Source: Methanomassiliicoccaceae archaeon
GTDB taxonomy: Archaea > Thermoplasmatota > Thermoplasmata > Methanomassiliicoccales > Methanomassiliicoccaceae
Assembly: GCA_040776945.1 (NCBI GenBank)
Contig: JAXGZN010000002.1
Coordinates: 864,001 to 928,000, forward strand
Length of the DNA: 64,000 nt
Direction of reading: 5' to 3'
Below, one piece after another: positions 48,094 through 57,719 of the stretch. The notes below the pieces were generated by a model. It was given only the letters and a program-made list of their open reading frames with translations. It ran no database searches and was not told where the DNA came from. The translations under genes were made by a program, and so were the position numbers. Position 1 is the stretch's first letter, and each line of letters opens with the position of its first letter.

Positions 48094-48513
48094 ATGGCCG
48101 CGGTTCGATGCCCGATATGCGATAAGAGACTGGTTGCCGCCGACGGGGACATTTTGTCCGGCGCCCTCACCATGCACTTCCACCGCGATCACGGTCTCGT
48201 GCTCCCGGACCCAGAACTTATCACCGGAGGCCGTGAGGGCCATGTGTCAAGCCTGGCCGAGCTGAGCGATATCGAAGAGGGTGAGACCCGAGGAGGTTCG
48301 CCGGCCTATGGAGGAGCTATGACCCAACGGGGAGGGGCCTTGTACGGTGTGACCGGTCCTCCTCGGTCCATCGCGGGCCGCGGCAGCAAAGGACACTATG
48401 TGGATTGCCCCATGTGCGGAATGGAGGTCCAAGGGGAGAACGAGGGCGCTCTCTCCTTGAACCTAAGGGAGCACATGGCGAAGCTTCACGAGCTTCCCGC
48501 AGAACGACCTTGA
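48094..48513 (+). CDS. Protein with two duplicated CxxC...HxxxxH modules (DUF1059-like)
   Basis: CPIC...HFHRDH and CPMC...HMAKLH separated by a Gly-rich linker. Confidence 0.65.
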   Translation: MAAVRCPICDKRLVAADGDILSGALTMHFHRDHGLVLPDPELITGGREGHVSSLAELSDIEEGETRGGSPAYGGAMTQRGGALYGVTGPPRSIAGRGSKGHYVDCPMCGMEVQGENEGALSLNLREHMAKLHELPAERP

Positions 48514-48540
48514 TACGTGAGATAGGTTTGGACCGGCCGG

Positions 48541-49005
48541 TCAATGTTCATGGCCATGCTCGTGGTCATGACCGTGCTCATGGTCATGGTCTCCTTCACA
48601 GTGGGAATGCTCGTGCTTCTCCAGGTCCTCTATGGTCAAGTGGGCGCCGGGAAAAGCTAGTTCCCTCAGAAGTATCGGGTCGACGATCTCTTGGATCTTG
48701 GACCTCTTCAGCCCGTAGAGCAGCACGTTGACGATCAATTCCATCTCTTCGATCCCATCTTCCAGTTTCCCCTTGGTATGCGGTGCGCCGGACTCGTCGA
48801 CCACACTAACTGCCAAGAACCCCTTTCCCTTGGTCTCTACGACGCACTTAATATGGCCGATCAGGTCCGCCCCGGAACGGACGCATTCGAGGGCTATCTT
48901 GGTCATGATCTCCTCGACCCTGCGCACCAGTTCCTCGGACGGCATATGTTGATGCAGGTGCACGTCCGCCCCCACAGCGTATGCGGCGAAATCGGGCGTG
49001 ATCAT
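48541..49005 (-). CDS. Hypothetical protein with His-rich C-tail (putative metallochaperone partner)
   Basis: IGHIKC motif, tail HEHSHCEGDHDHEHGHDHEHGHEH; coupled to the GTPase gene. Confidence 0.75.
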   Translation of the reverse strand: MITPDFAAYAVGADVHLHQHMPSEELVRRVEEIMTKIALECVRSGADLIGHIKCVVETKGKGFLAVSVVDESGAPHTKGKLEDGIEEMELIVNVLLYGLKRSKIQEIVDPILLRELAFPGAHLTIEDLEKHEHSHCEGDHDHEHGHDHEHGHEH

Positions 49006-49610
49006 TATATCACCACTGCATCCACGACCTTGTCCACGTTGGTGCCTTCGACGGCAGATATGGGGATTATAGGCTTGGTACGATTTATGTTCCTGAGCGT
49101 GGCGGTCATCCTTTCGATCTCCGGGCCGCTCACCCTGTCCATCTTATTGATGAGCACCAGGTCGGCGGTCTCAACCTGCCTGGTCAGCGGGCGTCCCAGA
49201 GCCTTGAGGATCACATCGAACCTGGAGGCGTCCACGATCACCGCGGATATGATGCGCCCTATCCCGTTCCCCTGATAGAAATCCATCGCGCTGACGATGG
49301 CCGAAGGGTCGGCAACCCCTGTCGGCTCAATTACAAGGAGGTCGGGGGCGATCTCGGTCTCGATGTCCTGCACTGTTTGCAGAAGGTCAGGTCCAAGGGT
49401 ACAGCATATGCAGCCGCTCGCCAGCTCCTTGATGTTAAGACCGTACTTGCTCATTATCTTGCCATCGATGCCCACTGTCCCGAAGTCGTTGACGATGATA
49501 ACGACCTTCTTGCCCGTGCGCGCAATGATGCGCTCGATTATTGACAATAACAGAGTGGTCTTGCCCGACCCCAAAAAGCCAGCGACGATAAGCATCTCCA
49601 TGCGAAGCAC
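49005..49610 (-). CDS. CobW/COG0523-family G3E GTPase (short)
   Basis: GFLGSGKTT, NDFG, GCICC, IEPTGVA, NKMD, SA. Confidence 0.9.
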   Translation of the reverse strand: MLRMEMLIVAGFLGSGKTTLLLSIIERIIARTGKKVVIIVNDFGTVGIDGKIMSKYGLNIKELASGCICCTLGPDLLQTVQDIETEIAPDLLVIEPTGVADPSAIVSAMDFYQGNGIGRIISAVIVDASRFDVILKALGRPLTRQVETADLVLINKMDRVSGPEIERMTATLRNINRTKPIIPISAVEGTNVDKVVDAVVI

Positions 49611-49667
49611 CTTGATGCTTAGCGATTCGAAAGACGATATTTAACTATATCCGCAATTCCTGAAGGT

Positions 49668-49907
49668 CTATCGCACCTTGGTCAGTTGGTACCGCAAACC
49701 GACAGGGAACGGCGGGCGGACCTCGAATTCCTCATGGTCTTCAACGCGGATGCCAGAAAAATGACGCTCCAGCTCGTCCCTTTCTCGAGCGATCCTAATA
49801 TTGCGGCATCTTGAGCACTCCACATACTTCCCCAAAGTACGCTTCCTCCGGACCACCTCGGTATCCAGATCGGCGATGGTGCCGCAGCCGCACAGGGCCT
49901 TGTTCAT
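49668..49907 (-). CDS. Small Zn-binding hypothetical protein
   Basis: CGCG...CSRC. Confidence 0.55.
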   Translation of the reverse strand: MNKALCGCGTIADLDTEVVRRKRTLGKYVECSRCRNIRIARERDELERHFSGIRVEDHEEFEVRPPFPVGLRYQLTKVR

Positions 49908-50276
49908 CGATTTCGGACCAAACACAGGCTCTCTCTCCGTCAATGCTTGATCCCATTGGACCGCTCGGCAACCCCATCCCGTCCTTTCGGACGTTTCAAT
50001 ACTTCGATGATCCCATGAGAGCGTCATAGCATTCGCTATTTTTTATCATTTTAAATTATTGTGAATGTGCTAGACCTAGCCCGCGCCATGGCAAAGGGTC
50101 CCCCCTTATGGTTCATGGCTCACAACGGGCCCGATAAGGATGAACTGGAATGTAGGTTTAAAGATTTCCTTAACAGGTCATGATGGCGAACGATGACGCA
50201 GCGCTATCGCGAACTGCCCAACATGGCACTGAGATCCATTAAGGCCTAGATGATCTTAAAGAGCGGCCTATATGGA

Positions 50277-50741
50277 TCACTGCCCCTCTTCCTTTACCCC
50301 CGCAGGGCCTTTGAGCCTGCAGGGGAACACCTCGACATCGACCGGGATGCCTTTTCTGACGCTTTGCGTAACTATGCAGAAATCCTCGAAGAACGAACGG
50401 CACCGCTTCAGCTTCTCCACATCGTCCGCCTGAGGGAACATCTTCACCGACATGTGGGTGATCCTGAACTGCCTCTTCTCGTTCCTCTCCATGGTAGTGG
50501 TGACCTCGGCACATATCTTGGGGACCTCGGACCTTGACCGCTCCATGCAGTAGACCAGGGAGGCGCATAGGCAGTTGCCTACCGCGGCAGCAAGGAGCTT
50601 CCCGGCATTGGGATGTTCTCCCGAGCCGAGGGGAGCGGGCTCATCCGTGATGAGGTCCTCGATCTTGTCGTTGTCGAAGGATATCCTGAACTTATAGTTC
50701 TCCACCCTGCACATCTTGGTCTTGAACTCGCCTTCTTTCAT
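50277..50741 (-). CDS. OsmC-family protein
   Basis: DEPAPLG, LAAAVGNCL, FEDFCIVTQS. Confidence 0.88.
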   Translation of the reverse strand: MKEGEFKTKMCRVENYKFRISFDNDKIEDLITDEPAPLGSGEHPNAGKLLAAAVGNCLCASLVYCMERSRSEVPKICAEVTTTMERNEKRQFRITHMSVKMFPQADDVEKLKRCRSFFEDFCIVTQSVRKGIPVDVEVFPCRLKGPAGVKEEGQ

Positions 50742-51947
50742 CTACGGTCCCTCCATCCTCTTAAGTTGCTGCAGCACCTCGTCCCTTATCTCGGCCGCGG
50801 GCCGTTGGGGTACGAGGCGCCGCCCCCGCTCCATCAGCTTGGTGAAGGCCGAGCCCATCGGCCTGCCGCAGCGAGCGCAGAGGGGGGCATCATTGCTGCG
50901 GACCGCCACCTCGTAACTGAAGCATTCCGGGCATCGGAAAAGGTACTTCCGTCCACCGAACTTACCCCGCTTGGCGACGGGGACGTTCTCAATGTCCACT
51001 ATGTCCAAGGCGAAGTCCACCGTGGGAGCGTTGGATATGCTCGTGCCGACACCGAACCCGTCCGCACCCGCCTCTGCTAGAGGCGGGATCGTCTTCTCGT
51101 CCAACCCCCCGGACACGAAGATCCTCACGTTCTCGAATCCTCTGAGGTCCAGCTCCCACCTAACCTCGCGGATAAGCTCGGTGAACGAACCGCGGCGGGA
51201 GCCGGGCGTGTCCAGCCGGACACCTGCCAGCCCCTTCACCGCACGGCAGGCGGCAATGGCCTCGGTCTTCTCGTCCGAGTAGGTGTCCACCAGCACTATC
51301 CTTGGAACGGAGGGGTCGATGACATCGTCAAACGCCTTGAACGCCTCGATGGAGTCGCCCATCATTATTATCAGGGCATGAGGCATGGTGCCCTCCGGCG
51401 GCCTGCCTATGGTCTCTGCTCCAAGTAGGGAGGACACAGCGTCGCAGCCGCCTATGAACGAGGATCGATCAAGCATGGGCGATATCGCGGGATGCGTTCT
51501 TCGGATGCCGAACGCTATCATTGGGCGGTCCCCTGCAGCGGCCCGGCAGCGAGCAGCCATGGTCGCCACGCCGGTGGAGTGGCACATGAAGCCAAGTATC
51601 GGCGTCTCGAAGACACAGTACTCCGTGTACGGCCCCTCTATGGTCATGACCGGAAGCTTGACCCCGCTCTGGGTCCTTGAGGGAAAGATGGTGCCCTCAG
51701 GAAGGCCCCAGATGTCAACATCCTTTCCCTCCATAAGGCGGAGGGTCTCCTCTACTCCGGTCAGCACCGCCCATGGCCATTCCCTTGGGAGCTTGGCCAC
51801 CGTCATCTCGGCAAGCGCCACCTTATCCGCCAGCCCTTTTGCCCTGAGGACCTCCAATGTCCTTACGAAATAGACGTCCGTGGTCCGTCCGCTCATGATC
51901 TCCTCGTCGGAAGCGGTGAAGAAGCGTTTGCCTGCTCTCATTTCCAT
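50742..51947 (-). CDS. pncB: Nicotinate phosphoribosyltransferase
   Basis: TDVYF, FGIRR, GTMPH, VDTY, VRLDT, SGGL, GVGT. Confidence 0.92.
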   Translation of the reverse strand: MEMRAGKRFFTASDEEIMSGRTTDVYFVRTLEVLRAKGLADKVALAEMTVAKLPREWPWAVLTGVEETLRLMEGKDVDIWGLPEGTIFPSRTQSGVKLPVMTIEGPYTEYCVFETPILGFMCHSTGVATMAARCRAAAGDRPMIAFGIRRTHPAISPMLDRSSFIGGCDAVSSLLGAETIGRPPEGTMPHALIIMMGDSIEAFKAFDDVIDPSVPRIVLVDTYSDEKTEAIAACRAVKGLAGVRLDTPGSRRGSFTELIREVRWELDLRGFENVRIFVSGGLDEKTIPPLAEAGADGFGVGTSISNAPTVDFALDIVDIENVPVAKRGKFGGRKYLFRCPECFSYEVAVRSNDAPLCARCGRPMGSAFTKLMERGRRLVPQRPAAEIRDEVLQQLKRMEGP

Positions 51948-52004
51948 GTCTCTGGCCCCCCGAGATGCTATGAACCTGTTCTCGATCTATGTTTCAGCCA
52001 GACC

Positions 52005-53282
52005 TCAGTCGGCAACGTTGAAGGCTGTGCGGCCTGCGAACTTGGCCTTGCTTCCCAAGCGTTCCTCGATCCTCAGCAGGCGATTGTATTTGGCCGTCCG
52101 CTCTCCCCTGGCCGGGGCGCCTGTCTTGATCTGTCCGCAGCCTAGCGCTACCGCGATATCAGCAATGGAGGTGTCCTCAGACTCCCCCGATCGGTGGCTT
52201 ACCATAACTGCATAGCCGTTCCTATGGGCCAGGGCCGCCGCGTCCATCGCCTCTGAGACCGTCCCGATCTGATTTACCTTCAACAGCAGAGCGTTTCCCG
52301 CCTTGGCCTCGAAGCCCTTGCGCAACCGCTCAGGGTTCGTTACGAAGAGGTCGTCGCCTACCAGCTGAAGTTTGCTGCCCATCTTGGCCGTCATGGTTGC
52401 CATGGTGGAGAAGTCATCCTCCATCACCGGGTCCTCGAGGCTGATGAGCGGGTAGCGGGCCTTGAGATCGGCGAAGAAGTCCACCAGTTCCCCAGGGGTG
52501 AGGTTCTTCCCGTCGACCCCATATGCTCCGTTCTCATAGAACTCCGAGGCCGCAGCGTCCATTGCAAGATAGACATCCTCACCTGGAGAATATCCTGCGG
52601 ACTCGATGGCCTTCATGATTATGCTCATTGCCTGGTCGGTCGTATCCACCGGAGGGGCGAACCCGCCCTCGTCCCCTATGTTCACCGCTCCCACGCCGTA
52701 GGCGTCCTTGAGCTTCTTCTTCAACGAATGATATATCTCGACCCCGGTGCGCAGCGCCTCGGCGAAGGTTGGAGAGCCGGTCGGGGCTATCATGAACTCC
52801 TGGATCCGCAGTTTGGACCCAGCATGCTTGCCCCCGTTTAGGATGTTCATCATCGGTACCGGTAGCATATGGCTTCCGGCGCGCAGGTGTTCGTGCAGCG
52901 GGACACCTTTGACCATGGCGCCGGCCTTGGCGACCGCAAGAGACACTGCGACCGTTCCATTGGCTCCCAGCTTGGACTTGTTGGGGGTCCCGTCCAGCTC
53001 GATCATCAAGCGGTCAGCTCCCCGGAGGTCGGCAACGTCCGTGCCCTCGAGGACGGGAGCGATAAGCTCCCTCACCCCGCGGACGACGTTGGTGACGCCC
53101 TTGCCTCCGTATCTCTTACCTCCATCCCTAAGTTCGAGGGCTTCGTAGGAGCCAGTGGATGCACCGGAAGGCGCTATGGCCGTAACCGTGTGCTTGCCTG
53201 CCTCTATCTCAGCTTCCACCGTCGGATTGCCCCTGGAATCAAGTACCTCCCTGGCCCAAACACGAGTGATCTTGACCGTCAT
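52005..53282 (-). CDS. eno: Enolase
   Basis: DSRGNPTVE, PSGASTG, GDEGG, VGDDL, SHRSGE, KYNRL. Confidence 0.98.
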   Translation of the reverse strand: MTVKITRVWAREVLDSRGNPTVEAEIEAGKHTVTAIAPSGASTGSYEALELRDGGKRYGGKGVTNVVRGVRELIAPVLEGTDVADLRGADRLMIELDGTPNKSKLGANGTVAVSLAVAKAGAMVKGVPLHEHLRAGSHMLPVPMMNILNGGKHAGSKLRIQEFMIAPTGSPTFAEALRTGVEIYHSLKKKLKDAYGVGAVNIGDEGGFAPPVDTTDQAMSIIMKAIESAGYSPGEDVYLAMDAAASEFYENGAYGVDGKNLTPGELVDFFADLKARYPLISLEDPVMEDDFSTMATMTAKMGSKLQLVGDDLFVTNPERLRKGFEAKAGNALLLKVNQIGTVSEAMDAAALAHRNGYAVMVSHRSGESEDTSIADIAVALGCGQIKTGAPARGERTAKYNRLLRIEERLGSKAKFAGRTAFNVAD

Positions 53283-53344
53283 GATATCCCTTTTTTTCTA
53301 TCGATGATAGGGGATATGGGCAGGTCTTACTTAATTCGATGAGG

Positions 53345-54352
53345 TCACCGTGCGATCCTGACCGGAGGGCGTATGTTGCTCTCGACGATCTCCATGTTCC
53401 TCTCCAGCAGGGCCATCTCCCTGACGTCGAGAGCCCTGGGGTCCACCGAAATGATCAGCCGTGACTTGTACTCCATTACCACTTCAGTGATGCGGTGGAT
53501 CATCTTGAGCACCTTATCGAAGCCGTTGTTGACGATGAGGAACTCTATGCCGTCGATCATAACAACGCTGTCGTTGGACTTCTCGATGAACCTGATTATG
53601 GTGTCCCCGAGGATGCCGATGTTCGCAGGGTTGACGTATACCTTTCCCAACTGGTTGCTGAGCCATATGATCGGCGTTTCCTCGAGCCCCCATTCCTGGC
53701 GTACGATCGCCGGATACTGACGGGTGATGCACAAGCCCTGGATGTTATGGGTCACCTGGTCGGTGAACATCTCGAACGACCTCACCGCCTTCTGCTCTTT
53801 CACCACGTAGCTCAGCCCAGGCCGGAGCTCGAACTTCTTGGCCGACCTTGTCGCCTTCTCCTTGCCCTCGAGGGCCTCGTTCCTCTTCTTTCCGAACAAC
53901 GAGAGCAGCCGCGGCTCCTCCTTTGGCGCAGGAGCGATGGGGGCAGCAGGGGGCCTCTCTTCCAATATCGATTTGAGGCGGTCAGAGAGGTCCTTGTTAT
54001 TGAACGGCTTGCGGATGTAGCCGGACACGACGTCCTGCAGTCCGAAGATGTCCGTGCCCACGTCGGTGGTCGCAGTGAGCATCATGACCTTGGTCTTGGC
54101 GGTGGCGCCTTCCTCCTTCAGTTTGCGCAGGACCGTCCATCCGTCCATGTCCGGCATGTTGATGTCCAGGAGAATTAGGTCTGGATGTTCCGTGGCCGTC
54201 CTCTCCAAAGCCTCCTTACCTCCCGAAGCGGTAATGGGCTCGAAGCCGGCCCCCGAGACAAGTTCTGAAACGATGTCCAGGATGGCCGGGTTATCATCGA
54301 CTATAAGAACCTTCTTAATACCTAATACCTCCTGGACGTGCCAACGTGCCAA
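53345..54352 (-). CDS. Response regulator receiver + DUF835 protein
   Basis: IVDD, LLDINMP, KPF; GLCITR, IIWLS, IDGIEFL; start uncertain. Confidence 0.88.
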   Translation of the reverse strand: MARWHVQEVLGIKKVLIVDDNPAILDIVSELVSGAGFEPITASGGKEALERTATEHPDLILLDINMPDMDGWTVLRKLKEEGATAKTKVMMLTATTDVGTDIFGLQDVVSGYIRKPFNNKDLSDRLKSILEERPPAAPIAPAPKEEPRLLSLFGKKRNEALEGKEKATRSAKKFELRPGLSYVVKEQKAVRSFEMFTDQVTHNIQGLCITRQYPAIVRQEWGLEETPIIWLSNQLGKVYVNPANIGILGDTIIRFIEKSNDSVVMIDGIEFLIVNNGFDKVLKMIHRITEVVMEYKSRLIISVDPRALDVREMALLERNMEIVESNIRPPVRIAR

Positions 54353-54461
54353 AGAGATATGCTTGGTTAAAAACCTATCCTTTCCAGTTAGAATCTCACT
54401 GGCCTATGGAGAGGTGGGGTCGGGAGGCTTGGACCTCCACGAAAAATGACCGGGGGAAGTA

Positions 54462-54611
54462 TCACGCCTTCCTGCTTTCCTTGGCCTTCTGGCGAAGGCC
54501 TTCGTATCCGCACTTGCGGCAGCGGGTTGCCCTCGGAGCGTTCCGCGCGTCGCACTTCATGCAGATTTTCTTGTTAAGAAGCCTCTGATCAGCTTCCTTG
54601 AAACGTGCCAT
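54462..54611 (-). CDS. rpl40e: 50S ribosomal protein L40e (not in ORF track)
   Basis: Manual translation [49 protein letters not shown]. Confidence 0.95.
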   Translation of the reverse strand: MARFKEADQRLLNKKICMKCDARNAPRATRCRKCGYEGLRQKAKESRKA

Positions 54612-54670
54612 CTAAATCCTCTTTCGTGATGAATATGAAGGTTCTATAAATAAGTTGGCCACTGGCGCGG

Positions 54671-55642
54671 TCAGTCAGCGCTATCCGCGCGATGCTCGCC
54701 GATAAGCACCATGAACGCCAGCAAGGATTCCAATTGGATCCGTTCGTTCGATCCTTCCACCATGCGGAATTCCGTTTCCCCGGTACGATCTATGAGCCTG
54801 ACCTTTTCATAATCTGGAATGTCCAGATCGAATATGGTGCGGTGGATCTGCTTGATGATGTCCTCCCCCGAAAGACCATAGTTGATCATGATCTCATCAA
54901 GACGGTTACGGGCGGCGATGAAATCACCAGATATCGAGGTCTGCAAGAGTTCCTTGACCTCGTCCGGCCTTGCCATCCCTGTTGTGTGGTAGATCAGGTC
55001 GACGGTTATCCTCTCTCCGAGAGATGCGGCGACCTGCAGCGAGTTGACCGCCTTGCGCATATCGCCCTGGGATACATGCACCAGGGCGTCAAGGGCCTCA
55101 TCGGTTATGCCGATCGCTTCAATGGCGGCGATGCGGGCCAGGTTGGAGCGCACATCCTCCGCCCGCAGGGGACGGAACCGGAAGACCGCGCATCTGGACT
55201 GGATCGGCTCTATTATCTTTGATGAGTAGTTCACGCTGAGAATGAAACGGCATGTCTTGCTGTACTTCTCCATCGTTCGTCTCAACGCTGCCTGGGCGTC
55301 CCCGGTGAGGGCGTCGGCCTCATCCAGAAATATGATCTTGAAGCCTGCCCCGCCGATCGGCGCAGTCCTGGCAAAATCCTTGATCTTGCCCCTTACCACA
55401 TCGATGCCTCTCTCATCCGAGGCGTTCAGCTCATTGAAATTGCCCCTCCAGTTCTCCCCGAAAAGCTCTCTTGCAAGCGCTATGGCAGAGGTCGTCTTCC
55501 CGGTGCCGGCCGGACCAGCAAACATCAAATGGGGCAAGTTCTTGGCCTCGACGTAGGACTGAAGGCGGTCCACGATGTCCTTCTGCCCGACGATCTCCTT
55601 CAACGTCTTCGGCCGGTACTTCTCGATCCAAATCTCGTTCAT
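54671..55642 (-). CDS. rfcS: Replication factor C small subunit (no intein)
   Basis: WIEKYRP, GPAGTGKT, ELNASDERG, DEAD, QSRC, GDMR. Confidence 0.96.
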   Translation of the reverse strand: MNEIWIEKYRPKTLKEIVGQKDIVDRLQSYVEAKNLPHLMFAGPAGTGKTTSAIALARELFGENWRGNFNELNASDERGIDVVRGKIKDFARTAPIGGAGFKIIFLDEADALTGDAQAALRRTMEKYSKTCRFILSVNYSSKIIEPIQSRCAVFRFRPLRAEDVRSNLARIAAIEAIGITDEALDALVHVSQGDMRKAVNSLQVAASLGERITVDLIYHTTGMARPDEVKELLQTSISGDFIAARNRLDEIMINYGLSGEDIIKQIHRTIFDLDIPDYEKVRLIDRTGETEFRMVEGSNERIQLESLLAFMVLIGEHRADSAD

Positions 55643-55891
55643 CTAGGCTCGTTCCGACCAAAGGTGGTGAGGTCAATTAAAGGTTTTGACAGAGGGCCGG
55701 TTCTTGGCCAGCAATAGCCAGCGAGGATGCCTATTTCTAAGGACGGGCAGGATGCCGTCGCCAATCGCACATGCCTTGGACACAGCGGAAAGAAGGAAAT
55801 GCTGGAGGACTGAGAGAACTTTCGGACCGCTGATATTTATCACTGGTATTATTTATCAAATCGATTAATACACTCTAGTAGGAGGAAGAGC

Positions 55892-56362
55892 ATGCAATGT
55901 CCGAATTGTGGTAAGGAATCGCCACCTGGAGCGAGGTTCTGCGAGAGTTGCGGAGCAGCGCTGTCGGTCGCCGAAAGTCCGCAGGGATCTCAGCAATACG
56001 CGCAGGCGCCCCCTCAGCAGGCACCACCATATGGGCAGCCCCAGTACGGGCAGCCTCAGCCGTATGGGCAGCCTCAGCCGTATGGGCAGCCGATGTATGC
56101 GCCCGCATTGATGAAGAATGCCGGGCTAGCGGCGGTGCTGGCGTTCCTGCTGCCGGGGTTGGGGCACATTTACCTGGGTCTCATCACCAAGGGAATACTG
56201 TACATCATTCTGACCTTCGTTCTGTGGGTGGTCGGAGTGCTGACCTTCGGCATCGGGTTCATCGTGTATATCATCTTCTGGATCTGGCAGATCTATGACG
56301 CCTACAAGCTGGGGAACCAGTACAACTCTGCCGTCCAGCAGACCGGTCGCGCGCCCTGGTGA
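55892..56362 (+). CDS. Zinc-ribbon + TM2-like membrane protein with Gln/Pro/Tyr/Gly repeats
   Basis: CPNC..CESC, PGLGHIYLG. Confidence 0.85.
   Translation: MQCPNCGKESPPGARFCESCGAALSVAESPQGSQQYAQAPPQQAPPYGQPQYGQPQPYGQPQPYGQPMYAPALMKNAGLAAVLAFLLPGLGHIYLGLITKGILYIILTFVLWVVGVLTFGIGFIVYIIFWIWQIYDAYKLGNQYNSAVQQTGRAPW
56048..56091 (+). repeat. In-frame 18-nt tandem repeat (GGGCAGCCTCAGCCGTAT x2.4)
   Basis: Encodes GQPQPY units. Confidence 0.85.
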
Positions 56363-56460
56363 AATACCTTCCCTTCCTTTTTTTACCAGTTAATTTTTAT
56401 ATATGCTATACGGAGTTCACTTGCCAGGCGGCGATCGCCGCTCTTTGTGGAGGAACCAAC

Positions 56461-56940
56461 GTGTATTGCCAGAACTGCGGGACCGAGCTTCCCGAGAACT
56501 CCTCGTTCTGCGCCAATTGCGGTGCGAGACTGGGGGGAGGGCCCGGTGCTTCCGCTTATCCTGCCCCTCTTTACCCAGGACAGCCCTATGGCGTCGGCGC
56601 GCTGCCCCAGAAGAACGATGTTATCTCCGTTGTGCTGGCCTTCTTTATCCCAGGGCTCGGCCACATTTATATAGGGAGGATATCGAGAGGAATATTGTTC
56701 ATGGCCGCCTACTTCGGCCTGAGCATCCTGTCGTTCATCGTAATGTGGTCAGCGATCGGCGGACTGGCCGCCACCAGTGATCCCGACGTCATACTGAACT
56801 TGAGCAATGATGTATTGATCGTTTCAGGGACCATAGGCCTTATTGGCTTCATCATCTGGATAGTGAACCTTGTGGACGTATACCAGCTGACAAAGAAGTA
56901 TAACGAGACCGTCCGCCTCACTGGGCAGCCTCCGTGGTAG
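56461..56940 (+). CDS. Paralogous zinc-ribbon + TM2-like membrane protein
   Basis: GTG start after GGAGG; CQNC..CANC, PGLGHIYIG; ends TGQPPW like its neighbour (TGRAPW). Confidence 0.85.
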   Translation: MYCQNCGTELPENSSFCANCGARLGGGPGASAYPAPLYPGQPYGVGALPQKNDVISVVLAFFIPGLGHIYIGRISRGILFMAAYFGLSILSFIVMWSAIGGLAATSDPDVILNLSNDVLIVSGTIGLIGFIIWIVNLVDVYQLTKKYNETVRLTGQPPW

Positions 56941-57048
56941 GCATTGATCTGTCCTTCCCATACGAAGGACGGGGCCGTCCAGCCATGGTCTGGTGGCTCG
57001 GACCGGCCTCGCAATAGTTATTATCATAATCCAATATCCCAGGTCAAT

Positions 57049-57678
57049 ATGGCCCTGATAGACCTCAATGAGCTGTTCTATGCCGCTACGCTGCTGTTCT
57101 TCATCTTCGACCCTTTCGCCAGCGTCCCGGTGTTCATGGCCATGACCAAAGGGTACTCTGAAGAGGCCTTGGTATCCTGTGCCAACCGAGCGGTGGCAGT
57201 GGCCGCGGTGCTCTTCGTCATCTTCGTACTTATCGGGGAGCAGCTCCTCGGTGCTTTCGGAATAACCACAGAGGGCTTCAGAGTGGCCGGAGGGCTCGTC
57301 CTATTGTTAATGTCCATGGAGATCATCTTCGGCCTAAGCCTCATTCGTTCGGGCGACCAGAACGTGGCATGGGTAATTATCGCTACCCCGATCCTCACTG
57401 GACCGGGAGTCATAGCCACCGCCATCGTCCTCACTACCCAGTCCGACCCCATTACCGTGCTCATGGCGGGAAGCTTCTCGCTTATCACTACCTGGTTCCT
57501 GATGCGCAACGCGCACCGTGTGACCAGGCTGGTCGGGACCCAGGTCATTGACATCTTCTCCAAGGTGGTCGGCCTGCTCATCGCGGCCATGGCCATTGAG
57601 TACATTTTCAAGGGAGCGACGGGCTGGTTGGCAAACAACTCTGCGGCCATTGCGGGACTCGTGCCGGGCCTGCTTTGA
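57049..57678 (+). CDS. MarC-family membrane protein
   Basis: DP...PVF, FRVAGG, ATPILTGPG. Confidence 0.9.
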   Translation: MALIDLNELFYAATLLFFIFDPFASVPVFMAMTKGYSEEALVSCANRAVAVAAVLFVIFVLIGEQLLGAFGITTEGFRVAGGLVLLLMSMEIIFGLSLIRSGDQNVAWVIIATPILTGPGVIATAIVLTTQSDPITVLMAGSFSLITTWFLMRNAHRVTRLVGTQVIDIFSKVVGLLIAAMAIEYIFKGATGWLANNSAAIAGLVPGLL

Positions 57679-57719
57679 CAGGACAATCCTTAATAACGAC
57701 CGCGACGGTGAGCGCGCCA

